A stretch of DNA of 53,865 nucleotides from Girardia tigrina (GCA_001938485.1 MQRK01248958.1:7849-61713), one strand, 5' to 3'. Shown: positions 24,151-37,800, numbered from the stretch's first letter. A program made the numbers and translations. Notes: generated from the sequence alone by a model not told the origin.

Positions 24151-27100
24151 AGGGAGCTGGATTATTTCAGTACTGCGTGTAGAAGTGTTTTTCCAGGGCT
24201 CCGTTTGCTTTTTAAATAATGTTAAATTAGTAAAAATATTTGTATATCATTATCTAAAAAATATTTTTTTCTAATTAAAAAAAATATAAAACATTTGTGT
24301 GTTAAATTAAGAATGACGAATATCGGAGTTTTATTAATAAAATGTTGTATTTGACACTCGCGATGGTAAAGGTCAACACGGCTGAGGATAAGATTATTAA
24401 CTAAACGAACGGTAAGAAAATAAAAGCGTCAATTAAACTAAATTATACATAAATCACATATTCATAATTATTTTACTAAAAAAAGTTATAGAAACAGAAA
24501 AAAATTAAATGAAAAAAAATTGAAGTGAAAATATAATTAATATTATTATTATTTAATGTTCAAAGGACAAGAAATCGGAAGCATTAAGAGTTGACAATTT
24601 TTGCGTCCTAAATTGAATTCAAGACCCCAAAATATATTTTTTCAATCACTATTGTGAAGAATATTTAAAATTTGGTATGTTGAATTTTCTATGTTGAGTT
24701 TAGTATTTGGAAATGTGTTTCTCCAACCAAGATGGAAAATTGATATTTTTGATTTTCGCGATGAATAGTTATTCGAGCGTAATTTGCTTTTTAAATTACA
24801 GTATAAGATATTTAAAAAACTTTAAAAATATTAAATTGTTTCAAATTTTAATATAAAAAATTTATTTAAAATAAATAACTTTTAACTACGTTTTTAATTA
24901 ATTAAATAAATGTTTTCTTTAAATAAAATCATTTTTAAAATAAAATTAATATGTAGATAAAATTATTAATAAAATTATAAAAATAGAACTTTAAAAATAA
25001 AATCTGAAAATAATGAAAATTTGTTCGAATAATTATTTATTAAAAAACATTAAAAAAATTTACCAATTTAGAACAATGTCAAATTCTGAAATCTTGGTTA
25101 AGAATTGTCCAAAAGACAATTAGTCTAATTAGACAAATTTAGTCTAAAATAAATTTTAAATCTACAAAATTTAACTACAATTAATTCTTAAAGTTATTCA
25201 CATTTAAGAAATCATTTATTTTTAAAAAATAATTATTTAAAAAATAATTTAAAACTTACTTTTTTAGCAAATGAAATTTCATTAAATTATTTTTTGAGAA
25301 TTACTTTTTAAAATTAATTAGAGATATTTTTAATTCTAATTCTTTTCAAGAATTTTTGATTTTAGATATTTTCTTATTTTAAATATTCAAAATTTTTAAA
25401 AGTGCTCCAGATCATCACAAATGCAGTTTTTAAAATGAAATAAAATGATTTTGTACCAAAGAGACAAATATGTTATTAATAAATTGAGGGTAATAAAAAA
25501 GAAGACAGACAGGGGATGTCTGGTCATATGCAATAAATCAATTATGGGTTATTTGAATATCAAAATTGGTTGAGTATTAAAATTACTTTATATAAAGTAA
25601 TCAAATATTAATTTTTCAGAGATTCATTATATATAATTTCAGGAAAGATATGTGTTATATTTGTGAATCCCAGAATTAAATTTAAATTATTGTGTAAATA
25701 TAAAGCAATTAAATGTTCATATGTATCCAAAAACAATTATTTCTACTTAAAATTTGGGATTTGTTGATTTATGCATAATAATAACTCATGATAACAATAA
25801 TAAAGTCATGATATTTATATAGTAATTATTAAATAATATATATAATTAGTGAAGAGTAGTTACAATTCCAAAAAAATTTCAATGTGTATATTATTTTTTT
25901 AAAAAATCTATTAGAAAAATATAAATTAATTTTTAAAAATATTTTGATACACAAAGGATTAATTAAAATAAATTGAAAGTTATTGAAATATAAATAAGAT
26001 AAAAAACAAACTTTTTTAATGAAAATGTAATTAAAGTTTTAAAAGAATTTTATAAATAATAATCAAATTTTTGAAAAGGCTTTTTCTTCCTTTATTTAAT
26101 AGGAGGAACGGAAACCGTCAGATTGTCGAGCAAATGGAAAGGTACGCAAATAAGACAAAGGCATAATTTATATTTCTATTAATGTCACTTTTCGATCAAA
26201 AAATACGAGTCTGATTAAATCATTACTAATCGATTGAATGTCTTAAGGCAATTTTTATCATCCTGATTATAATAACCGTAGATGAGATTCAGAAAAATGT
26301 TATTTATCGTCGATGAAATCGAATTGTCGTTTTTAAATTCACTAACGATATTTGAAACTTTTGTTGGATTTAATTTAAACGTTTTATCATAAGGATTTGT
26401 CAAACTGTTGATTGATGAAAAACAATTTGTTAATTTTGGTGAAAGTAATTTTTTCATCTCATTGGATTTATCGAAATAACGAAATAGAATTGAAAATCTC
26501 GTAAATTTGAATCAAAAACAATTTATTTTTATACACATTTTTTAGACATGTTTTTGAAATCGACCCCCTCGATTTGTTATTGTTTAAACACATTTAAATT
26601 AAGTGACGTTTAACAAAGAAACACGCTCACACGAAAACTAATCCAATAACAATTAACATTTTCCAATTATATTTCTTTAAATTCACACACACATTCAATC
26701 AGACAATACAAACGACACAATTAAACACACATAGTAAATTACATAATTTACATGCAATGAATTTTTATTTGTGATTCATATTCACCAATTTAATTCGAAA
26801 TAATATTCAAAACAATTATCGATTTGCAAATGAATCCACAATCTTCAAAATACCATCACGAAATCATGTGAAAGCGATGGTGTAAATATTTACTTACTTT
26901 AATTTGATTAATTTATTTATTTAATATTTTAATTTAATTGCTCTAATTACTTGATTTTAGTTAATTTGTTTTACTTTATTATTTGCTATTTAAGTTAATT
27001 TATTAATTATATATTTAATTTAATATTTGTTATTTATTTACCCAAAACTGGCAAAATGTTCGGTCAAACCGGCTAATTTCCGCTCCAACCTTTTCATGTG

Positions 27101-27299
27101 AGATTGAAATTGGATTATTAAAAAATGTCATTTTAGATTTTGTGTTACTCTATTTCAAATGCTATTTTAAAAGATGCATGTAGATTTTTAAAAAAATAGG
27201 ATTAGGGATAGAGAGATCTATGCACAATAGAGTCTCTCCAAATCATCAATATCCGGAATTTAACCCTGCTGAATGATAGAATTTGTCTGTCATGAACAA

Positions 27300-27500
27300 T
27301 AAAATAAATAACTTTTGAAAATTATTGATAGTTTTCAAAATGTACAACTTTGGCCAAAAATGATACATGACATAAATAATACGCAGAAGGAACTCACAAG
27401 ACATATTAAGAATTGCCATGGCATAGACGACACCAATATGTTGGTGGTTCATTCATATGCCCAATGGATAACTGTTATAAAAGTTATAAAACTAATGGAT
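27300..27500 (+). mobile_element. Gypsy integrase relic
   Basis: WPKMIHDINN and MLVVHSYAQWI resemble integrase WP.M..DI and LVVVDAYSKW motifs. Confidence 0.4.
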
Positions 27501-27564
27501 GGCTACAGCGGCATATATTAATTGATCATAAAAATTTAAGGTAATGATACTACAAAAATCCAAG

Positions 27565-27875
27565 AAGTACGAAGAGTAGAAACAGAAAGACGTACTGGAC
27601 CTTTGACCTTCAACGCAGAACATGATAGACCAGTGTCTGTCGGTGTAACTGATGAGAACTGTCCAAGTGTAATCTCTAGTGTGGTGCTGAGTTCAGAAAT
27701 CCCGGAAAGGGTGAATGACCTCCTTGCAGCCAACCGCCATCCATATATGGAGAGGAGATAGACACCACCAAGTTACTTGTCTACTCAGACGCTCACAAAT
27801 ATGCATAAACCAAGCTAAAACGGCTTTTGTATAATAGGGGGATCCACGATTAACACCTAAGGTCCCGAAAGAAGA
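27565..27875 (+). mobile_element. diverged, 5'-truncated relative of the 5S-headed SINE
   Basis: AAAGGG.G.ATGA.CTCCTTG.AGC.AAC.GCCATCCATA...GGAGAG...CACCA...CTACT...AAATATGCA.AAACCAAG is shared with 42700-42810. Confidence 0.75.
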
Positions 27876-28384
27876 TAGAAGTAAACGACCTTTTGAGACC
27901 AAACAATAAACATGAAAAAACTTTATTGCGTTACTCAAAGATTGTTGAAGAGAAGAAGAAAGAAGAACAGTAAAAAGAATTGGATATTTGTAAAAACAGT
28001 TGGATTTTCACAATTTCACTGCTGAATGTCAGACGGAATTTATTAATTTGCAAACTCATGCTGGTCAAGAAAACAAATTATTGTTCAATATTGCAAAATC
28101 AGAATTTCCAATTTAAATAACCAGAAATATTTACATGTAAAACTTGGTTTCATTTAATTCATCGAATATAGATTATTAATATTTTAATTAATTATATCTT
28201 AAAGTGCAAAAAGAAAAAAAATGTTTTGATTTTATTAAATCAAAAAACTTAATCGAAAAGTTTGATAATTTTTATAACGGAATTATTTGTGATTACTAAT
28301 TAGAGTTTTATATAATTACGGACTATTTTTATAATGAAATGACCTTTAAAGGAAGGAATCCAGGATAAGTAGAACTTGAAATTA

Positions 28385-29448
28385 CAGGGTGCGGCAGCTA
28401 TTTGAGAACAAAATGACATAAAGTTCAAAAAATGAATATACAACAGAAAAATAACATTTATTACAATTTAAAATTTTACATATATTAACACGTANNNNNN
28501 NNNNNNNNNNNNNNNNNNNNNNNNNNNNNNNNNNNNNNNNNNNNNNNNNNNNNNNNNNNNNNNNNNNNNNNNNNNNNNNNNNNNNNNNNNNNNNNNNNNN
28601 NNNNNNNNNNNNNNNNNNNNNNNNNNNNNNNNNNNNNNNNNNNNNNNNNNNNNNNNNNNNNNNNNNNNNNNNNNNNNNNNNNNNNNNNNNNNNNNNNNNN
28701 NNNNNNNNNNNNNNNNNNNNNNNNNNNNNNNNNNNNNNNNNNNNNNNNNNNNNNNNNNNNNNNNNNNNNNNNNNNNNNNNNNNNNNNNNNNNNNNNNNNN
28801 NNNNNNNNNNNNNNNNNNNNNNNNNNNNNNNNNNNNNNNNNNNNNNNNNNNNNNNNNNNNNNNNNNNNNNNNNNNNNNNNNNNNNNNNNNNNNNNNNNNN
28901 NNNNNNNNNNNNNNNNNNNNNNNNNNNNNNNNNNNNNNNNNNNNNNNNNNNNNNNNNNNNNNNNNNNNNNNNNNNNNNNNNNNNNNNNNNNNNNNNNNNN
29001 NNNNNNNNNNNNNNNNNNNNNNNNNNNNNNNNNNNNNNNNNNNNNNNNNNNNNNNNNNNNNNNNNNNNNNNNNNNNNNNNNNNNNNNNNNNNNNNNNNNN
29101 NNNNNNNNNNNNNNNNNNNNNNNNNNNNNNNNNNNNNNNNNNNNNNNNNNNNNNNNNNNNNNNNNNNNNNNNNNNNNNNNNNNNNNNNNNNNNNNNNNNN
29201 NNNNNNNNNNNNNNNNNNNNNNNNNNNNNNNNNNNNNNNNNNNNNNNNNNNNNNNNNNNNNNNNNNNNNNNNNNNNNNNNNNNNNNNNNNNNNNNNNNNN
29301 NNNNNNNNNNNNNNNNNNNNNNNNNNNNNNNNNNNNNNNTAAGAGTAGCTTCTGCCATGTCTACCAGCAAAAATAAAATTATGTAATTATAACACACAAA
29401 AAGATATGGTGTCTATATTACGTGTTCTCAAATAGCTGCCGCACCCTG
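28385..29448 (-). mobile_element. young Tc1/mariner-superfamily element; interior unassembled
   Basis: TA TSDs; perfect 26-bp TIR CAGGGTGCGGCAGCTATTTGAGAACA; possible ORF start MAEATL on minus next to the gap. Confidence 0.88.
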
Positions 29449-29507
29449 TATAAGAAGAATTTATACTAATGAATTCCTTGTTTTTGTGGTTGTATTGTTG
29501 TTAAAGA

Positions 29508-29540
29508 CAGGGGCGTAGCCAGGATTGCATTTTGGGGGGA
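29508..29540 (+). mobile_element. single end of a hAT-like MITE
   Basis: CAGGGGCGTAGCCAGGATT...GGGGGG terminal motif; partner end not found. Confidence 0.45.
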
Positions 29541-31746
29541 CATTAATGAACATGACATAATTTCTGCCACATTCACACACATTCACAAACGCACACATAC
29601 ACACTAACACATACACACAATGACATTGTTCAGGATTTTTGGTCATGTTAAATAGCGTTTCCATATTGTTTACTGTTTAGCAAAAATGAAGAGAGGCTGG
29701 ACATAAAAATCACAGTGTATTCTACAGAAATTATAAGGAATAAAGAATTTTATAAAGACAAGAAGAGCCTGTAACTAACAGATAGTTATAATATTTTATA
29801 GTTATACTTATATTTTTAGTTATATAGTTATATTTTATTTATAGTTATAAAAATATTTAAAATAACAATTTCTTTATTATAAGGAGTTTGTAAAAATTAC
29901 AAGTAAAAATCAAAATGTTATACAAATTTTTCTACAAATCTAAATTATAAGATTAAAGGAGGAAACTGTATAAAGGAAGCTGATAATTATTTTATTGTAA
30001 AAAAGCATAAATAATCAGTGAGAATATATTCTTAGCAATGAATTTCTTTAATATAGTCAAAACCTTTTATTACATTATTAATTAATTAAATTAATAAAAT
30101 ATTTTTTCTCTATTTATGTCCCGGAAATGAAGGGTAATTATCATCTTTATTGAAATAATTGTACAAATTATTGAATTTTAATACATAAATTAACCAATTA
30201 ATTGTTTATTCCGTCTATACATAGGCCATCGTATTTGGATTTTTGTAGTTTGATTTAATATATATAGCGGAATAATTATATTATTTCTTTTTCTAAACAA
30301 AGAAAAAATTATAATCCAGCAAATTAATATCGTCCATCTAAAAAGTTAATAAAAAGTAAAAAACTTATTTTTTTTAAAAAAAATTTTTATCAGTTAGAAA
30401 ATAAATTTTGTATTTTATATGCAATTAAAACATATTTTTATTTACACATTTTTTTATATTTTAATATAGTTTTTTTTATTACGATAAATATTTACTTTTA
30501 AATATTTTTTATTATTTTTTTCTATTTATTTAATTTCATAATGATTATTGAAGATAAATTAAATTGTGTAAAATTTTTATCAATAAATTAATTAAAAAAT
30601 GAATAGTAATTTTTAATGAATTTTAATGAAAACAAATATTAATGTATATGATATTTTTTTTAAAAATATGAAATTTATTTTTAATATTAAATTATTTTAA
30701 AACAAAAATTTCTGTCCAATATATTTTGTCAATAATAAACGATAATTATCCCATTTGATAAAAAAACATAATTTGTATTTTTAATTTTATGATACACATT
30801 TCAAACAACAAAAAATAAAGGTAAATAATTTTAATAATAAATAATAAATCAAAATTCAATTTGAACAGATATTAAAATGATTATCACTGGAAAATATCAA
30901 AAATATAAAACTTTAAATTCATTTGTTTAAAACTGAAATATTATCCAATATAAATAAAATAAATAATTCATCAAATTTATTTAAATATATAAAAAAACAA
31001 AATAAAACAAGTATAATTAATGAAATCTTGTAACAGGAATGTCGTTAAATAAAATTATTAAATAAAAAATATTATTTTTGATTAAAAATATAAATAAATC
31101 AACTCACCAAATTGTTGAATAGTGATAGTTTTAAATGAACATGTTGATGAGAATGTTTGATATTTGAACTAACAAATGAGTAAATATAGTATAGCTGTTA
31201 TTTTAAAACTGTACTGTGCTGTGTTTATCAAACATTAATTCATTATTAATTGATGTTGTTATCGTATATTTACACTTGTTTGATTCTCAATCTGTTCTGT
31301 GCTGGGGTCGGATTATATCTCGATTGAGAACACCGGGTCACAGAGATAATAACATTTTATTAATGTTTGATCACTCAGTATTTTGCTAAATACTATTATG
31401 TTGCCACGAGAAATATTGGTTGGTTGCTTTGATTTTATACGTTTATATATAACATATACATTCTTCGAATAAAATTATAAACCTTGTTTACAAAAGTTAC
31501 AAGAAATTTAAGACCCAGGCTATAAAACGTAAAGATCGTCTATTTTTTTTCGGGTGTTCGAATTGAAGACGGTTCTGGGACAACGAAAAGATTATTCATA
31601 CAATTTCAACATTAAAAAATATTTTTTACCAATACAGAAACTAAAATTAACTGAGTGATGTTTGTTGAAAATATTAAAAAAATATATTTAAAAGATTCGT
31701 ATATTAGTTGTTTGAATATATTTATATCCCTAAATAAGTGTGACTA

Positions 31747-32352
31747 TAAGCCTCCCCCAACTGGACGGATAAGTGAGTATCGTAGAGACTACAGTACCAG
31801 TATTGGCGTACAGGGTAGTGAGTCATAGACTCTGTATCGGGTAGAAACCATAAATAGACAACCTACTAACTTTCTCACATGGCTTTAGATGCAAAAATTT
31901 GAGCTTTTAATGCACGGCCACGCTTCGGTTTCCCAATCAGAAAGAACCAGTTATGATCTCTCGTACCATGATTCTGTAGACCTTTGTCTGTGTAAACACA
32001 TTTTGTACAATTAGTAAATAGACACCAAAATATACCCCTACCAGTTATATTACTTAACCGAAAGTCGAAACCACGTTTGGGATCACTCCTAAGTCATTAA
32101 GTCAATTTTTATGGATTTTTGAAAATTTTTTGTCAAAAAATCAATTTTTTTATGGATTAAATCTCAAAAATTATAGGTCAAACCCAAAAATTATAGATCA
32201 AACCCAAAATTATGGATTTTTCCCCATTATTGGGTAGGGTAGTTGGCTAATGTTCATAAATTATAACTACTTCCGAGATATCGTCGAGGAGCACTGAGGC
32301 ATAATGTATTGCGATCGGCTTCGAAGACTTGGTACATTCTTCATCTACGCTA
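31747..32352 (-). mobile_element. SINE family A copy 2, with an insertion of about 190 bp
   Basis: Colinear homology to 11585-11970; A-box-like TAGCGTAGATG and B-box-like GGTTTCGACT on minus; the insert carries about 20-bp CAAAAATTATAG.TCAAACC repeats. Confidence 0.8.
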
Positions 32353-32869
32353 TTTTGAGAAACACTACTACCCTTAGTGTTGCCATAGGTTCGATGATTG
32401 ATCAATATTTCTTTAACCATCCATCTCTTTTATAGGTCTTGTAACAATTTTCCATCTTTTCTCATCAAATTTTCATATTTAATAAAAGTAGGCAGACGCT
32501 TGACTTAAGGAAAACCTCAACGTAAAGAAAATCTCAAATAAGATTTTCTTGAAATTTCTAACAATTATTTTTTATTGGTTTTTGAAGATCGGAAGGAAGA
32601 TTATAAAAGACTTATAAGTTGAAAGAATAATGTATCATTAATAATAATTATATTAAAAAGTAAATTTTGTTTAAATTATGATTAATGCTTATATGATCTA
32701 CTTATCATTGTAAGTAGATATTAAATATAATTTTTTTAATTTATTTAAATATAACTTAACAATAAATTGTTGAAAATCAAGAGTATTAGACGTCTCAAAA
32801 AATAAAAAAAACATGATTTGTAATACTTGAGTTTGTTTGAGTGAACAGCATCAGTTCACAGTGTCATTA

Positions 32870-33287
32870 TGAAGAAATAGCAATAATTCTAAGAATTAAA
32901 CTTGCATCATCAGTTAAAAATCTATAATTTATTTTAAGAAAACATCAGTTTCTAGTCATACCAGCATATTACTATGAATAAGTCACTGAGAGAAGAAATA
33001 TGTCAAAGTAGGAATAGACTTGGAATAACCTATCTTTATTCATGGTCAGCAAAATTTTTCATATTCAAGAGGTCAAAATGCTTACAATGTCATACTCAGT
33101 GTCATAAATACCAGAGCAAGGCTAGCCAATTAAGGATAATCGAGAATTCGCGCGTAATGTTTTCTATAATGAGATATTTAAAATGTAAAATTGAAATATA
33201 AATAGTAATGAAACTTTAAAAAATAAATGTGATTTTTTAATCAAGTGAAATTACGGTACGGTTTGCTAGCCACCGAAAACCCACTAG
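32870..33287 (+). mobile_element. Helitron 3' end (Pif1-like helicase C-terminus, hairpin, CTAG)
   Basis: LRKHQFLVIPAY..TMNKS, VKVGIDLE*PIFIHGQ....SRGQ, RNVFYNEIF; hairpin CGGTTTGCTAGCCACCG (33259-33275), then CTAG|T at 33284-33288. Confidence 0.85.
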
Positions 33288-34240
33288 TAATATTTAATAT
33301 TACATGTAATATAAAATGAATTTCTGAGTATAAATTTATTAATTTATTACAAAAGTAATGGATTATATTAAATCTATTCATAATAATCCACAAAATATGA
33401 AAAATAATTTATTGTACACAATTATAAATAGACGTAAAATATTTTAAAATATCATAAAAATTTAAATTGTCAATTTCAATCTTTAAATAAATTTCCCATT
33501 GATAAATTTGAGATAATAAAACAAAAACGAGGAAACAAAACCAAAATTAAATTATATTTATTATTTCTTAATGTTTGAATTCATTTTTCGATTGGAAATT
33601 ATTTTCAATATTCATAAAATATTTAAGCTCTTGTAAATATGGTAATAAAAACCAGTATTTATCTATATTTAATATTGATGTCTGATGTAATGAAAATTTT
33701 TAATTTTATTCAATTATTTATATGAAAGGGGAATTTAGATGAATCTAATTAAAATAAATAATAATTGATAACAAACATTAATATTATTGTCATTATTACA
33801 TGATTAATCAAAAAATAATAAAGGATATAGAATATATATATATATACTATTTTTTAGTTGATTAGTAATTACACAAAAAGAATATTTTATCTGTTAATAA
33901 CTTTTGAAAAAAAAATATTTTTTTATAAAATATTTTTATTTTCAAATTTTATAAAATATTTATTGTGACTTCCATAGGTTAAAATGGAAATAAATATTGA
34001 TTATTTAAAAGTATTAATTCGATTTCTTCGTTTAAAAATTTAAAATAAAATTAATCAAATCATTCAAAATTTTAGAATGATTTTAATAAAAATACATTTA
34101 AGCATAAAATCTTAAATTAAATCAAATTATTTTCAGATTATTAGAATATTAATCAAAAATAATATAAAATATTAATATTATAAAATATTAATCATCCATC
34201 TGATTAGGAGAGACACAATCAAAAATCAACACACAACATT

Positions 34241-34598
34241 CAGTGACCGAATAAAAAATCACAGGACAAAACATCAGTATGACAAAATATCAATTGGAAA
34301 AAAACATCACAAATAATTTTAGAGTTATGGTTTAGGGTTAGGGTTAGTGTTAGTGTTATTGGTTAGGGTTAGGGTACTAAAACGTATGTAATCCACATTT
34401 AAATTAATTTAGTTTCAGATAATAGGAATTTGAATATTAATCAACCATCTGGGTAGAAGAAACACAATCCAAACATTTCTCACAATTAACATTAAGATTT
34501 TAAACGTTAAAAATATATTGCAATAATTTCATTTGTATTACTTGGCAATTGTGATATTTGATCAGTGTCACGTTTTGTCCTGTGATGCTTTGCCTCTG
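34241..34598. mobile_element. MITE-like element with an internal telomere-like (TTAGGG) tract
   Basis: 15-bp inverted repeat ATCACAGGACAAAAC (34258-34272 / 34572-34586); TTAGGG/TTAGTG units at 34332-34375. Confidence 0.65.
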
Positions 34599-37014
34599 AA
34601 AAATTTCAAACACATAAATATTCATTATTGAGTTCGAGACTAAAAGCGGAATTCATCATACAACTTTTTATTTAATACAACAATTAACAATTTTTAAACA
34701 AATTTATGAGGAACAATATTTTCGAATTCGCATAAACTAGATATCAACATTTTAAAAATAAATATAAACATATACCGATTTAAATTTGTGAATAACTATT
34801 TATTCGGAATTTTAAGTTATTATATAAAATTGGAAAGTTATGTTTTTTACAATTTTATCTTAAATTAAATTTTGTTTATTAGTGCTTTTTCAATGGATTT
34901 ACAAAATTTTCGTTTGTTTAATATTTTATAATTCCATTATTTGTATTTTAATTTAGTCATCCATTTTAATTTATTTGTAACATAATTATTGATTTTTGAA
35001 AACTTTCGTTAAAACTTAATTCCTGATTTTAAACTTAAGTTTAACAATTTATTCATTTGATTGTCTTCTTCAATAAAACTTAATTATATGTGAAATAAAT
35101 AATTCTGGATTTTAAACATAGCTTTAATAATTAATTTTGAATTTTGCTAAAAAAACTTACCTTTAATTATTTATTACAATTTTATTAAAAAACACTTGTT
35201 TTTTTATTTAAACTTAGATTTAAATTTTGTACACTGCATTTTAATTAGATACTTGAGTTTAAATATTTTAAACGTTAAAAGATTAATTATTCAAATATTT
35301 CAAGTTGGTCAGAAATTCTAACATTCATCACACTAGAACCACCTTTAACCTTGTCATTTTGGTTTTACAATCTATTTTTCAGTTATAAAAATTATGTTCA
35401 AATAGGTTAGATAACTTAGTAACTCTTGTAGTGCGAGTTTTCTCACACTCCTTCGCTTATCGTTTTTTTTAATTATCACATATTTTTTCGACTGTGTAAT
35501 TTTTGGTTGTGTGCTGCGTTCATCTGTTGAATGTGTTTGTTCGTCACTATTTTATTTTGCTGAGTGAAAGTATTTGACCTTGTTTATTTATTTCAATTTG
35601 TATTTTTTAGTTTGGTCTCGGGTTATTGTATTTAGCCCTTGTGTCAATTTAGGTATCACGTTATCATTTTTTATTTATATTTTTATTTAAATTTTATTCT
35701 CGAGAAGAGAGTCAAAAGAATTAAAAAAGAAAGGAAACAACAAAGAAGAAATGATTATCATATAGTGATTATGATAATTAAACCAAATTATGAATTTTTA
35801 AAATTTGCAATCAATACAATTGATTAACAGAATATGAAATTTCATAAAATTGCGAGGCAACAATTTCAAGAGAATTAAAAATAGCTTTTATTACCTTGTC
35901 ATTAAAAAATTATTATTACTCAATTACCGACGATTTTAATTAGCGACAGCATTACTTTATAAAAGAAAAAAAACTATCCATCAACCAAATAATAATTACT
36001 CCAATTTTGATATATCCTATTGTGTTATTGCTCGGAATCAGACTACTATCATAACGAATTGTTGTTCCAAGTTTGACAATATTATAGTTATTTATCACTC
36101 CGATTTTGACGAATACGACTACTGACTATTCACAAATTTGACAAGTATATTTTTGCAATTTGTTGCGTTGATTTTTGACAGTCATTTGTTTTACGGTTAA
36201 AATATTGTGATTAATATTACACTGATTACTGATTACTCTTATTTTTGTTTTATTTAATATTAGTAAGTTTACCTAATTAAATCGTTGGGTCAACTTAGTA
36301 ATATTTTGTTCCATATAAAACATTTCACTTATTATACAATTGATCTTGATAAGTGGGGTGTTTTATACAACTCTAAACACAAGGATTTCAAAATATTTTC
36401 GTTATTGTCTAAAATTTTGTGATTTCTATTTCAAATTTAACATTAATCGTTAATCATATTTATAAAATTAATCAATAGTCAAAAATAAAAATAATTGATA
36501 AAAAATAAGAAAAATAATTATTTATAGATAAAATAATTTTGATATATATATTATAATTTTTTTTAATTTCATCATGAATATCAATTAGCTTCATCAAATT
36601 AAGTAATTGAAAAAAGTATTTTAAATAAATAAATCTAATAAAAATTGTATAATATTAATTTTTAGAGGAAATGGAATGAAACACAATAATTAGAGATTTA
36701 AAAACTGCAAATAAGAAATCTTTTTCTTGAAGATGAATTTAAAAAAAATAAATAAAAAAGTATATGTAGTCATTAAAATTAGAATATTAAAATTGCAATA
36801 TTATCCAGAAATGTTTAAATTAAAGCATAATACGAAGTGTTTCAAAGTATATATACGTCAGTGGTGCTAATGAAATAACAAAAAATACATTGTGATTTAA
36901 TGAAAAAAATGTAAACAGTGTTAAATTTAAATTAGAATTTGGATTAAAAAATAGAAAGATGTCGTATACTTAATTGCCTGATTGAATTTTAAACGATCTA
37001 TTATGGATACTTAT

Positions 37015-37350
37015 GAAGAACCATCAATCGTGGTCCACTTCTACACATAGCACCTACCAGGCTGCGCTACTCGATGGTGGATCAAATCACTCAAATTAAA
37101 AACGACGTCGCCTCACTCAACTAAGCGGCGCATGGAAGATTTCCACGTTCCCATCAGCTGGGTATTCGGATCGATGAACCGATTGAACCAACAGCCATTC
37201 TGAGCAGCATCGGACGAGAAGACACCGAAAGCAGAGTGGAGGAGCGTTACTCAGAGATACTCCGATCAGTGATCTCCAGGGTCAATCGAATCTCGCCAGG
37301 CAACCACTTCCGCACGACAAAGAGATTCTGGTCTCCACAGCTCGGTCCGG
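37015..37350 (+). mobile_element. non-LTR retrotransposon fragment (end of APE domain plus linker)
   Basis: GC-rich island; PSIVVHFY (SxIDH-like), GGSNH (SDH-like), then ...VEERYSEILRSV...KRFWSPQL linker motif. Confidence 0.55.
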
Positions 37351-37741
37351 TGGTCTATTTTGTAGGTCATAACTAGTAAATCAAAAAACTATTTTTTATA
37401 TCCATTCTTTATGCAGGTAAAACTCTACTTGGCCAACAGAATATTTAGTTAAATCTTTTGTAGAAAAGAAAACTTCAAGCAAAATATTTTACAATTCCAT
37501 TTTGCAATTAAATAGTTACTAAGAACATAATAAATAAATAAAGCATGGAAAGAAAAACACTAAAATATTTCTATTTAATACAGTTTGAACATTTGTAGAT
37601 AATCGTAAAAATGATAAACGTTTGATAAAAGATAATCGTTTTTTCCAAAAAAATATTTTTTGATTTACTAGTTTGAACAAATTTTCACATTATCATTTAT
37701 TGACGTCAAAAATGAGTACATGTGCAAAGTTTGGAGAAGAT

Positions 37742-37744
<3 letters not shown>

Positions 37745-37800
<56 letters not shown>

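Noticed and set aside
27645-27715. CTGATGA...GAAA hammerhead-like motif in the SINE copy
   Set aside because: No convincing stem I, G at the cleavage position, an extra base before GAAA, and the core is not kept in the homologous copy at about 42650.
34332-34375. True telomere or chromosome-fusion scar
   Set aside because: Short, degenerate, single orientation and enclosed by MITE inverted repeats.
35988-36150. CRISPR array interpretation
   Set aside because: Repeats are short and degenerate, the context is eukaryotic, and there are no cas genes.
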